In this document: piece after piece, positions 53,425 to 64,000 of the stretch
Position numbering within the stretch: position 1 is the stretch's first letter
How the letters are laid out: the number at the start of each line of letters is the position of its first letter
DNA from: Octopus vulgaris
Lineage: Eukaryota
DNA length: 64,000 nucleotides
Assembly (NCBI GenBank): GCA_951406725.2
Contig: OX597815.1
Coordinates: forward strand, 196,416,001 to 196,480,000
Direction: 5' to 3'
Made by a program: the position numbers and the translations under genes
Notes under the pieces: generated by a model
What the model saw: only the letters and a program-made list of their open reading frames with translations
Database searches by the model: none
What the model was told of the DNA's origin: nothing

Positions 53425-53789
53425 TTTCAGCACTTGATTCTTTGGGAGCCCCGACAAAAATTGCTGCAACTCGGCTGAGATGTGTTACTCCACCCTCCAT
53501 ATTTACCAGATATTGCTCCTTCAGATTTCCACTTATTCAGGTCTCTGCAGAATAGACTTAATGGTAAATGTTTCAATTCCTTGGATGACGTAAAACGATA
53601 CCTTGATGAATTCTTTGCCATGAAACCACCTCAATTCTGGGAAGAGAGTATTTTCAAGTTAAAGGCAAGATGGAGGCGCATTGTGCAACAAAATGCTTCA
53701 TATATGGTTGATTAAAAATGTAATGGCGAGTATTTATTGAACTTTTCTTTCTTTTAAAAATCGGCACGAATTTTCCGGACAGCCCAATA
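53425..53789 (+). mobile_element. Mariner 3' fragment with right TIR
   Basis: LLHPPYLPDIAPSDFHLFRSLQN...RWRRIV; TIR aaatcggcacgaattttccggacagcccaata. Confidence 0.92.
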
Positions 53790-53941
53790 TTTAAAAACAA
53801 ATTTACATACTACTTTTAACTCGTCTCTGCAAATTGTGGGGACGTCAATGACGGGTGAATAAAAACTTCCAACCCTCAAGTAAAATTTTGGAATGCAAAT
53901 AACAAGAGCTATTGAAACTTGTGCAGAAGGGGAATTCTTCA

Positions 53942-54209
53942 TACAGTTCTATATTTAAGAGATGAGGAATCATGTGCATTATTTACATTCAACGGATATT
54001 TGTCCTCATCTTGTTTGTTGTTAACACAACATCTCGGCTGATATACACTCCAGCGTTCTTCGGGTATCTTGGGAAACCAGGTTCGAAATTTCGCCAAGAC
54101 ACCTGAAGAAGGCTGGAGGGTATATCAGCCGAAATGTTGTGTTAACAACAAAGAAGATGGGGACAAATATCCGTTGAAAGTAAATAATGTAAATAATGTA
54201 AATAATGCA
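53942..54209. mobile_element. Fold-back mini element with minimal HHR and 12-bp TSD
   Basis: Arms ~53977-54072 / 54094-54190; TSD gggaattcttca (53930-53941 / 54210-54221); acac-CTGAAGA-a-ggctg..cagcc-GAAA-tgtt-gtgt at 54099-54142. Confidence 0.8.
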
Positions 54210-55316
54210 GGGAATTCTTCAAGCAACAAACGACAGTACAAGAAACTATTACTATGCTCCAACACTAAAAAATGTATTTATCTTTCAGTAGTAGTATAAT
54301 GTTCACTCTCTTTGTGTGCAGAGTCGGGAATAGTTGTAACAACACAGCTAGAGGCAACAGTTATCTGCCCCATGCTACGTGAAAGGTGGAAGAGTCAACA
54401 TAATACATAATACAAATTACTTACAAAGCTTATGCAAGAAAGAAACGGGATGTGTGAAAAGGGAAAATGAATGTGAGTGTCTCGTTACACAACATCACGA
54501 CTCGTCGCTTTATTTTGCTTATCAGATGAAAATTCTGTATCACGGATTTAGTACGAATGGTAGTTTCTATTTCTGTAACAGAAAAATATTGATATATTTT
54601 GGCTGATATTATCCATTGTGTTAGCACAGCTAAAAATAACACATTCACAGAATTTCGTTATAAAGAAAACTATATTGGAAAAAGAAATGAATTGAAAAAT
54701 AAATATAAAAGTAAAAATGAAATGGGGAAAAGAAGAAAAATAAAAGATGAAAATAAGATTTTAGAGATTAATGAAGTAGTCTGAAGTTAAACATTGTGTC
54801 TATATGATTTTAAACATTTCAAAAGTTTTATTTGATATCAATGTTTCTGATAATGAAGTAATGGAATGGGTGGCGTATGAGTAATTTTGTGGCTGAATAT
54901 CGTCAAAAGAAGCTTTGTGAATAACTATTGTATGACAGAATATTCATAGGTAATGTTCCAAATATGATATAGAAAATATTTGGCCTATCACAGTTCTATG
55001 ACATTTATTGCTATAGTAAGTTAAATGTCGTAAATGAAATAACACAATCGCCATTGTTTATCCAGACATTCTGGATTTTTACTGACACCAATAGCATGAG
55101 GTAAACGGTGCAATATTAGTCTGATTAGAAAAGATTTTGTATCAATGAGTGGCTACGACTAGATGCAGTATTCTTTTATTTTACCTGTTGCAGTTAGATA
55201 TGTACCTGTACGATACTCTTCACGAGTAATCACAGCAGCCATAGAGAGCACATAATTTGGCACTTTGTTGCTAGTCCAAATTCTACATAGAATCCCCATG
55301 ACAGATCATTATTTGA

Positions 55317-55735
55317 AGGCAGCGAGCTGGCAGAAACGTTAGCACGCTGGGGGGAAATGCGTAGCCGTATTTCGTCTGCGGTTACGTTCTGAGTTCAAAT
55401 TCCACCGAGTCCTACTTTGCCTTTCATCCTTTCGAGGTCGATAAATTAAGAACCAATTACGCACTGGGGTCGATGTAATCGACTTAATCCGTCTGTGTGT
55501 CCTTGTTTGTCCTCTCTGTGTTTAGCCCCTTGTGGGTGTGTAAAGAAATAGATATTTCGTCCGCCGCTGCGTTCTGAGTTCAAATTCCGCCGAGGTCGAC
55601 TTTGCCTTTCATCTTTTCGGGGTCGATAAACTATGTACAAGCTACGAACATTGGCTCGATTTAATTGACTTAATCCGTTTGTCTGTCCTTGTATGTTCCC
55701 TCTATGTTTAGCCCATTGTGGGCAATAAAGAAATA
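55317..55735 (+). mobile_element. SINE family W, partially dimeric, TSD agatcattatttga
   Basis: Core and tail duplicated; flanking direct repeat. Confidence 0.9.
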
Positions 55736-56251
55736 AGATCATTATTTGATATATATTCCATTCCATGTGAGAAGTACACTGTGTACTCCGATGCAATTTG
55801 TAGATTTATTAGAGATCAGTGTAGAGACATATAAGTAGGATGAGGTTTCCCATCTTAATGTAGTCTTTTGAATTCAGAGTAATTATTTTTCTTGTTTATG
55901 TAAATTGTGACCATGTTTAATTTTTATCAGGATCATAGTGTATTGCCACCGTATGACGAGTGTGTGTTGGAACTATAATCACTGCAATAGCAGATGTGGT
56001 ACATGTAGGAAACTCTGATTAGGCTACATGGTAAATAATAAACACTAGACAGACTGGGCTGGAGTATCTGCGTTTCATTTGACGCAGACAGTCCAAAACC
56101 GTACACATGCGCGAGTGCGTGCACACACACATACACACACCCGCATACATACACGCACACACAAAAACACACGCGCACAAAAGGGCTCCACACATTCACT
56201 CACACACATGTTTACGTATGTTTAGATATCTGCGTGTTTGTGTGTGTGAGG

Positions 56252-56308
<57 letters not shown>

Positions 56309-56324
56309 CATTCAAAATGTGACC

Positions 56325-56515
56325 GCGTGTGTACCGTTGGCGATTTTTTTCCTCCGCCTTAACTTACGTGGATCTTTCCTTCTTCTATGCTTCTGAAGAA
56401 GTGCTCCGGTCGAAACGTTAAAACCTCCTTTCATTCCTTTCCTGAGCGCCCAATGACACTACACGTGTTCCACGTCCTCGCGTTGTTGTGTTTTTTTGTT
56501 TTGTTTTCATGTTTC
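56325..56515 (+). mobile_element. PLE-type mini element with minimal HHR, damaged stem II
   Basis: CTGAAGA-a-gtgctccggtc-GAAACGTT-aaa at 56393-56422; homolog of 44376-44566; between (TA)n tracts. Confidence 0.65.
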
Positions 56516-56519
56516 GATC

Positions 56520-56549
<30 letters not shown>

Positions 56550-56555
<6 letters not shown>

Positions 56556-56696
56556 AGAAATGAGGTACTCAGAAATCTGGATAGTTTTATATTTACAGAT
56601 ATTTATTAATATGTTACATGTTTTTATAAATCATATATTAGCGCTTGCGTCTACTCTAGTGGAGTCATCAGACGACTCCACTAGAGTGGACGCAAG
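56550..56696 (-). mobile_element. Fold-back mini element with degenerate HHR
   Basis: Palindrome 56644-56696 centred in tcatcagacga; minus strand CTGATGA-c-tccac(taga)gtaga-c-GCAA-gcgc-TA. Confidence 0.55.
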
Positions 56697-56699
56697 TGG

Positions 56700-57945
56700 A
56701 TGCTGCTTCCGATGTGCTGTGGCGGGGCCGCTGCCGGAGTGGGAGTTGGAGGGGTTCCCCCCCGAAATCAGGGAGGTGTAGCTGGTGGCAGCCGTGATAC
56801 ACGATATGAGGGATGGGGTGGAGATCCTCAAGATGGCGAAGACCCCGAGGCCCAGTTGGTGGAGATGTGGTCTTGCAGTGGCCGTGCAGGTGTCTTTGGG
56901 AGACTTGCATAATGTAGCGTAGGAGGTGATGCTCCCGGAAGACAGCAGACTTAGAGTGGCAGTGGAGGGCGGACCACCAATGTGCTTGCTATGCGGCGAG
57001 GGGGGCACATGAAGGCGAGATGTCCCGGGAGGGAGGGCGATGAGGGGAGAAGCGATGAGGAGGGCAATGCCGAGGAGGTGGTACTGGCGAGTGAGACGGA
57101 TGGAGTGGAGGAGGCGTTCACAGTGGTAAGCACGGGAAAGGCAGGGGAGCGGGTGAGTTCTCCCCCGGACGGTCAAGAGAGGTTGTGATGGAACAAGGGA
57201 GAAATAGGTATGAAGCACCAACAGAAGCAGTAGTGAAAGAAGGCACAGAGGAAAAAACAGCATTCCAACAGTGAGAAGAATGAAGCATTCATAAAATTGG
57301 TTATGATGTTTCTGCACGCTTGAACGGATTAGGACGGGAGCTGAAGCAAGCAGAAGTGGAAAGGAAGAGATATAAGTGGCATTTGGTCACGTATTCCAAA
57401 AGTAAAGAACTAGAGAAAACGATTGTAAAATATAAATCGCTAATAAGAGTAAAGCTGCAGCCAGAAAAATACCCGGAATACACTAAAGGAATAGTCATAC
57501 ATAAAGAGAGATTTTTGAAATTAAGAGAGATGTATGGACTTTTCATAGACGCGCTGGGGGTTGAAGTCGAGTTTGACGAGCTCCCACCGGTCGTGGAATT
57601 AGAAGATGTGAAACCCATTATGAAAATTTTTAAATAAGTAAAATGTGTACTTCATAAAAAAATCGATGAAAACAGACTGTTAAAATGTATAAAGAAAAAG
57701 GGAAAAAAAGAACGATACAAAAAACAAACAAAAGACTAAGAAAAAGCACAAGCTAAAAAAGGAAAAAGACTGTAAGAACGTTAAAATTGTAAAAAAAGTA
57801 ATCGCGGTGTCCTCTCGGAGCGGGACCGAGAAAACCGTCTCATCTTCATTATAATTTCATTGTAATTCATTTGTTCCCGCATGTGTGTGTATGTCCCCTG
57901 TGTATTCAGGCGTTGTGCCTGTAATAAAGAGAAATCTGGTGATTG
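56700..57945 (+). mobile_element. 5'-truncated gag/ORF1-only element: RRM + CCHC, C-terminal ORF 57320-57637, 3' UTR with AATAAA
   Basis: VGVGGVPP/EIREV; VAVEGGPPMCLLCGEG/GHMKARCP (1-bp frameshift); no EN or RT before aataaa at 57923. Confidence 0.6.
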
Positions 57946-58740
57946 TCACTGGGTGTTGGTTGTGATTTCTTCGATGTGAGTTCAAATTGTTACACACTGA
58001 TATTCTATGTTTGTTGTAGGTTTCCCCGCGCGGGTGAACCAAGATTCGTTGGATTGTGTCAATTATTGAATTTCAGTCACTGTTTCGTTTGCCCCTGTAT
58101 AGTCCCCGTCTACGAGAGGAGTGAAGAAAGATGGAGAATAGACAAAGTTACGCAGCAGCAACGACACAAGGAATAAATACCAACACCTTGGAAGTGCAGG
58201 AAATAGAAATGGACACAAGAAAGAGGAAGGAAGAAAATTTGTAAAAAAGGAGGCAACCAGCCTAAAGCTGACTCCCCCAGAAGAACTGATGAAAAGCATA
58301 GCGAAGAAGGAAGACGGTAGTATACAGAATGTTGTCTACGTCTTTGAGCTCCCGCCGGTCGTGGAATTAGAAGATTTGAAACTCTTTATGAACATTTAAA
58401 AATAAGTAAGTAAAATGTGTACTTCATAAAAAAAACGGGGAAAATAGACTGTTAAAAGATATAAAGAAGAAAGAAGAAAAACGATATAAAAAAAGACTAA
58501 GAAAAAGAACAAGCTAAAAGGAAGAAAAAATAGAAAAGAGAGAGACTCTAAGAACGTTTAATTGTAAAAAAGAAATCGCGGTTTCGTCTCGGAGCAGGAC
58601 CGAGAAAACCGTCTCATATTCATTGTAATTTAATTCATTGTAATTCATTCTTTCATATGTTTTTCTGGTTCTCGCATGTTTGTGTATGCCCCCTCTGTAT
58701 TCAGGCCTTGTGCCTATAATAAAGAGAAAGCTGGTGATTA
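57946..58740 (+). mobile_element. Second head-to-tail unit: 5' UTR, ORF1 N-terminus, internal deletion, same 3' end
   Basis: ATG 58131 MENRQSYAAATTQG...; 58346-58739 resembles 57578-57944. Confidence 0.6.
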
Positions 58741-58869
58741 ACACACGCTAGTATAGGACGCCACAATTGGATGGCAATTATATTTTACGATTCCTTCTTG
58801 CTACTGTTTATGTCTCGCATCGAGATTTATCATAGTGTGTGTGTGTGTAAATATATACATATATATATA

Positions 58870-59237
58870 TATAATTAAAATCAAAATGAGGGTGAAAAAA
58901 TTGGATATTAATTTAATAACATCAATTTAAAAACCAGTGGTCTAGCGCATAAAAAGACTGAGATTCAGTAAATATTATTAATACACAAATATGAGAGAGA
59001 ATCCACTATGTGGACGCTCTTACGCTAGATATAGATCCGCAAGGGTCTCAACCACTAAGAATTGTTCTCAAGAAAAATTTAGCATAGTAAGAACGTAAGC
59101 GAGTAGCACAAATGCTTACGTTCATAGTGTGCTAAATTTTTCTTGAGAACAATTCTTAGTGGTTGAGACCCTTGCGGATCTATCTTTAGCGTAAGAGCGT
59201 CCACATAGTGGATTCTCTCTCATATTTGTGTATTAAT
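58870..59237. repeat. Fold-back element with 124-bp near-perfect arms between (TA)n tracts
   Basis: 58977-59100 vs 59114-59237. Confidence 0.92.
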
Positions 59238-59337
<100 letters not shown>

Positions 59338-59949
59338 CGTGCGTGTGTACATGAGGGAGAGTGGGTGCATGTATCTTTGATGAAATGATATGGAAGCAAG
59401 AATGTGACATTGTTCGAAATAAGATGTAGACATTTACGCAGAAACTCTCTTCGACACACACGTGCTTATTCAGGCTCATAAGCATTTACCCCCTCATATA
59501 TAACTTGTTGCGTGTTTGTGGGTGTCTTGGTAAATATACGCCGGGTGATTTCTGAGCAAGTAAAACCTATATGCTTGTAATAATGTAAAAAGATAATCTA
59601 TCCGCCAGGAAATATATTGAGATCAATGTTGGATATCTCCCAACAGGAAATTTACAGACATAGACAGAGAATAGAATTTTATGACCCATTAAGGATAACA
59701 AGCGTCTGTTTCCGAAAATAAAAGATTATTATTGGAGAGAGATTTTTTTCAAAACATGAATCATGGATAGACTACTGAAGAAAATAAACAAAAAGCTAAT
59801 GTAACTTCACGAGGTCGCTTTCTTTTACTTGCTTTCTATTATTACATATATGTGCGTACATATATGACACACATATATGCCTATATACAGGGTTGTATAT
59901 ACGTGTGTGTATGCGTATATATATATATGCGTATACATATCTGTTGCCA

Positions 59950-61730
59950 AAGGCCTACAATAACTGAAACAGCGAATTAGGAGCAGGGAATTAGTGTACC
60001 TTCCTACAGACAAGTCTGGCAGACTGTCGGTATTCAGAACTATGTCCAAACCATGTAACAATCTATCAGTAGCATGAGAGAAGTTGTACCCCACGAACAT
60101 AAAAGAGTGGAAAAACTTGTCAATCCACACATGGGAATGTGGTGCAACATGCTCCAACTCAAGAAACGGGCTGCACAAAATTTTCCAGCATTTAACAATG
60201 AAGTTCCTACGCTATACGGGTATTTTAAGGATTATAGGCCCTACGTAAATCCTGTTATGGGGCCCCCAACCCGACCAGTTTGTGAAACGAATATCCCTGG
60301 CAATTACAGGCTATCCCACTCCTTCACACAGGTGTTACGACTACTCATTGAAATGATCCTGGATGTCTGTGTAAGCACAGAGGATCGCCACAGTAGAATC
60401 AGTAGTTTCAACCACCCAAACGACCTCACAGGTTGTGTAGTGGCTAGTATAGATATAATTTCACTCTACCCATCTATGGACATAGATTTTGCTGTGGAAA
60501 AACGCATTGAGATTATCTGTGAGAGTGAAGTGGAGTTCCGTGAAGTCAAGGAAAGAGAACTGGGTCTTCTCCTAAAACAAAGCATGACTATAACTACCTA
60601 GATAATCATGACCTTAATAGATTCTGTGTAAGAGGTTTATTACCTCATTTTTGTGTGTTCTTTTTTGTAAAATGAAAAAAGAATATTTTTAATGGTACAA
60701 TTATAGAAACTAAAGATGTTTAATACCTCATTTTGTTTTTATATATTAAAAAATAAACAATAATGTATTAGAGAAGCAAAAATTTGGCGGGCGTCTTTTG
60801 TCTTCTCCCATCAATTATGTTCTTCCCATCAATTAATGTTCTTCTCCCATCAATTAATGTTCTTGTCCAGCCCGCAAGCTACTCTGTGCTATGCGATTAT
60901 GGCACAATTTTGAAATATAGTAGATTCTGACCGACCATGTCACAGAGATGAAGACCGTCCACCATCATCTCGGCAGAGAAAAAAAGCATTGCAGAGCGCC
61001 GGAGTGGCCGGACCGTACTCACCCAGGAGCCTGAGAGCAACAGTGAGGGGAAGAGAATGATTGCATTTACAATAGAGGCTAGCATAACAACCACCTGGAA
61101 GAATCACAGATTAAAATTTAACAAGAATCTATACATGTAGGTCCAAGGTGCAGCCATTGGTGTCAATGTGATTGTAGATGTTGCTGGTCTCCACATAACC
61201 TGGTGCGACAGAAAACCTAAACAACCCTTAGCTGAACAAGCTACTACTCTTTAGCTCAACTGTAGGTATGTAGATGACATTAATATTGTAGTTGGCACAA
61301 ACTCTGGAAAGTGTAGTATAGAAACCGAGAGGAGCATAATGGAATGCATCCAGCTCGTAGCTAGCTCCATCCACATAAGTTTCAAGGTAACTATAGATTT
61401 CCCCACTAGGTATCCTAACTATAAACTGCATGTCCTTCATAGTGAACTTTGGTTAGAGACCGTGAGCAGCAGAGTGCAGTTCCTCCACTGCTATTACGGG
61501 AAACCCATAACTTCTAAATATGCTGTTCACAAGAACTCATCTTCGTCGAACAACATGAAAATCAACATACTGATAACAGACTTAGTTAAGATGAAGAACA
61601 ACGTGTACCCCACCATGCGAACCCTACGAAACAAAGAAACGTGTATAGAGTGTCATGCACCGCATGCTATTCTCTGGATATGACCAAGAAGATAGGGTTC
61701 GGGTATACAGGGGAGCTAGAAAGAAGTAAT
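59950..61730 (+). pseudogene. Decayed Penelope-like element reverse transcriptase
   Basis: LPTDKSGRLSV (~60000), PTLYGYFKD..PPTRPVC, SIDIISLYPS, QGAAIG (61144), RYVDDINI (61264), thumb-like DFP..KLHVL..YYGKP; stops and an insertion at ~60630-60870. Confidence 0.8.
60802..60864. repeat. ~21-bp minisatellite (cttctcccatcaattaatgtt) x3
   Basis: Direct reading. Confidence 0.85.
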
Positions 61731-61751
61731 ATAGTATTAGGAGGGGAAGAA

Positions 61752-62081
61752 ACCCCCTTCGGTCATGAATGACCATGGGATTGCACCTAGAAAGTTACCC
61801 TCCGAGGCACAAGTCCGGGTAAGGTTGTTTGTGGAAGGCCAGCAGTCGCCCATGCATACCAACCTCCCCTCTCCATACCAATGATGTTATCCAAGGGACA
61901 GGCAAGGGGCCGATACAGCTTGGCACCTGTGACGTCACAGCTCATTTCTACAGCTGACTTAACTGGAGCAACGTGAAATAAAGTGTCTTGCTCAAGAGCA
62001 CAACACGCAACCCAGTCCGGGAATCGAACTCACAACCTTATGGTCGTAAGCTCGACGCTCTTACCGCTGAGCCATGCGCCT
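61752..62081 (-). mobile_element. SINE family Z
   Basis: Reverse complement of 43174-43510. Confidence 0.9.
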
Positions 62082-62189
62082 GAAACCATTGGAACCTGCC
62101 CTAGATACAGAAGTAAAAACTAGAATAAGATAGAGAGTTTGAGACAAAGCAAAGGCCGACAAATATCAAGGAGCGATTTTTGTAGGTTA

Positions 62190-62437
62190 CGAGGATGTAA
62201 GCACACCAATACCGATTGCCAAGTAGTGGTAGGGACAAACAGACACAAAGACAGGCAGACACACACACACACTCACATACACACACACGACGGGCTTCTT
62301 TCAGTTTCTGTTTACTAAATTCACTCACAAAGTTTGGTCTGTCCGAGGCTATATTTAAAGGCAATCAACCAAGGTAGCACGCAGTGGGACTGAACCTGGA
62401 ACCATGTGGCTGGGAAGCAAACCTCTTACTACATAGC
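62190..62437 (-). mobile_element. Diverged SINE family X
   Basis: gacgggcttctttcagtttc...gcagtgggactgaacctggaaccatgtgg. Confidence 0.75.
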
Positions 62438-62888
62438 AATTTTCGTTGATTTCTATATAATTGCAATCGCTAGTTATTTTACTGGTTTCATTCACTCGAC
62501 GGGTGAATAACCTGATGAACAGACCTGAAAACATTCAGACAGCACTCATTATGTAATTATCCATGTGTGAAATAGCTAAGATCTCCTTTATCCCATCACA
62601 TTAGGGGGCCTCATTTATTTTATAGTCATATGAACCCAGAATGTAATGTTACTATTTTAAAAATCACAAAGAAAGTCGGTATTTCGTGCACAGAATCACA
62701 TACTCACCACACCAAATACGCATAGAAAAAAAGTTAAGTACATACTGTGACTGTCTGTCTACATGTCCTATCTTTGCCGATTTCTAAGTCTCACTCACAC
62801 ACTCTCTCTCACTTTCTCTCTAAGTGTGCGTGTATATGTATGAAGATGTATATACATATTTGTGAAAGTGTGTGTATTAACATGTGAG

Positions 62889-63270
62889 TGGAGGCGCAAT
62901 GGCCCAGTGGTTAGGGCAGCGGACTCGCGGTCATAGGATCGCGGTTTCGATTCCCAGACCGGGCGTTGTGAGTGTTTATTGAGCGAAAACACCTAAAGCT
63001 CCACGAGGCCCCGGTAGGGATGGTGGTGATCCCTGCTGTACTCTTTCACCACAACTTTCTCTCACTCTTACTTCCTTTTTCTGTTGTACCTGTATTTCAA
63101 AGGGCCGGCCTTGTCACTCTCTGTGTCACGCTGAATATCCCCGAGAACTACGTTAAGGGTACACGTGTCTGTGGAATGCTCAGCCACTTACACGTTAATT
63201 TCACGAGCAGGCTGTTCCGTTGATTCGGATCAACCGGAACCCTCGTCGTCGTAACCGACGGAGTGCTTCC
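62889..63270 (+). mobile_element. SINE family Y with TSD attaacatgtg
   Basis: Full length; flanking direct repeat. Confidence 0.92.
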
Positions 63271-63843
63271 ATTAACATGTGTGCATGAAGATATAGCATA
63301 ATTCTAAATTTCATTGCAAGCAAACGCTACCTTTGTGAAAACATTATTGAAATAGCAAAATCTCTATGTAACTCATCGCATAGTTGACGATGTTGAAAGC
63401 GGCAATAATAGAGCAGCTCGCAATTTAACGCCTGGAATAAAAATATATTTGCATACACCTAAGACCATTTCATTAGAATAAATTTCATACACTCGTAAGG
63501 CTCGGTGGCCAATAAAGAGTAGTTTCCCTCTGACACGTGAATGAACAACCAGTTTGCTCTTTGCTACAGTGTTGCAGGAAAAGTATTCGTCATCAACAAA
63601 AGCAGCTAGGTTCCATGACAAATTAATACCTCTCCACTTACAGACGTTATCTTACGACGACCAGTCATTTGTCAGTAAGGCTACCCATATATCACGCAAC
63701 TCTGAGTACTTACAGATTAACTACTGAAGATAATTTTGAAGTGTATTAATTATTCCACAATATATTCAGTATTGTATATTTTGCTTGTGAACAAATGCGT
63801 CTGTGTACCTCCTTTTATAAACAGGCACAATTGACTTACACAG

Positions 63844-63958
63844 GTGGAGGCGCGTGGCTTAGTGGTTAGTGTGTTGAACTCACGAGCGTAAGGTTGTGGT
63901 TTCGATTCCTGGACCGGGCGATACGTTGTGTTCTTGAGCAATAGATTTCATTTCACGT
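63844..63958 (+). mobile_element. SINE Z-like 5' part
   Basis: ggaggcgcgtggcttagtggttag...ttcgattcctggaccggg...ttcttgagcaa. Confidence 0.75.
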
Positions 63959-63963
63959 TAGAT

Positions 63964-64000
63964 AAGGCGGCGAGCTGGCAGAAACGTTAGCGTGCCGGGC
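63964..64000 (+). mobile_element. Start of a SINE W, cut by the window edge
   Basis: aaggcggcgagctggcagaaacgttagcg. Confidence 0.8.

Noticed and set aside
56631-57317. 228-aa minus-strand ORF
   Set aside because: Antisense of the purine-rich ORF1 relic; low complexity, no motifs
62480-62520. Half HHR on the minus strand (attcac/gtgaat-GAAACCAGTA)
   Set aside because: CUGANGA is missing on that strand; possibly a rearranged relic but not supportable

Overview
AT-rich, microsatellite-dense animal genomic DNA. The SINE repertoire suggests an octopus or other cephalopod; this is inferred from recalled sequence similarity, not from a search. There is one convincing host gene, an intronless serotonin 5-HT7-type GPCR (6483-7772, +). 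The rest is mostly mobile DNA: about 25 tRNA-derived SINE copies from at least four modular families (many with clear TSDs), mariner relics and MITEs, Helentron-type non-autonomous elements, R4/Dong-like RLE LINE ends in (AAT)n tracts, a CR1 fragment and a decayed Penelope-like (PLE) reverse transcriptase. Two features stand out. (1) A set of small non-coding elements carries type I hammerhead ribozyme (HHR) motifs from at least six unrelated families. One is a ~355-bp tandem retrozyme-like unit with covarying stems (137-635, 35943-36350, 37630-37750). Several are fold-back elements, two of which invert at or next to the CUGANGA core. (2) Two gag/ORF1-like elements (RRM + CCHC knuckle) show no ORF2 and are arranged head-to-tail, each adjacent to HHR-family sequence. 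Most ORF-track entries are microsatellite or repeat artefacts. Folds and alignments were done by eye, and repeat boundaries are approximate.
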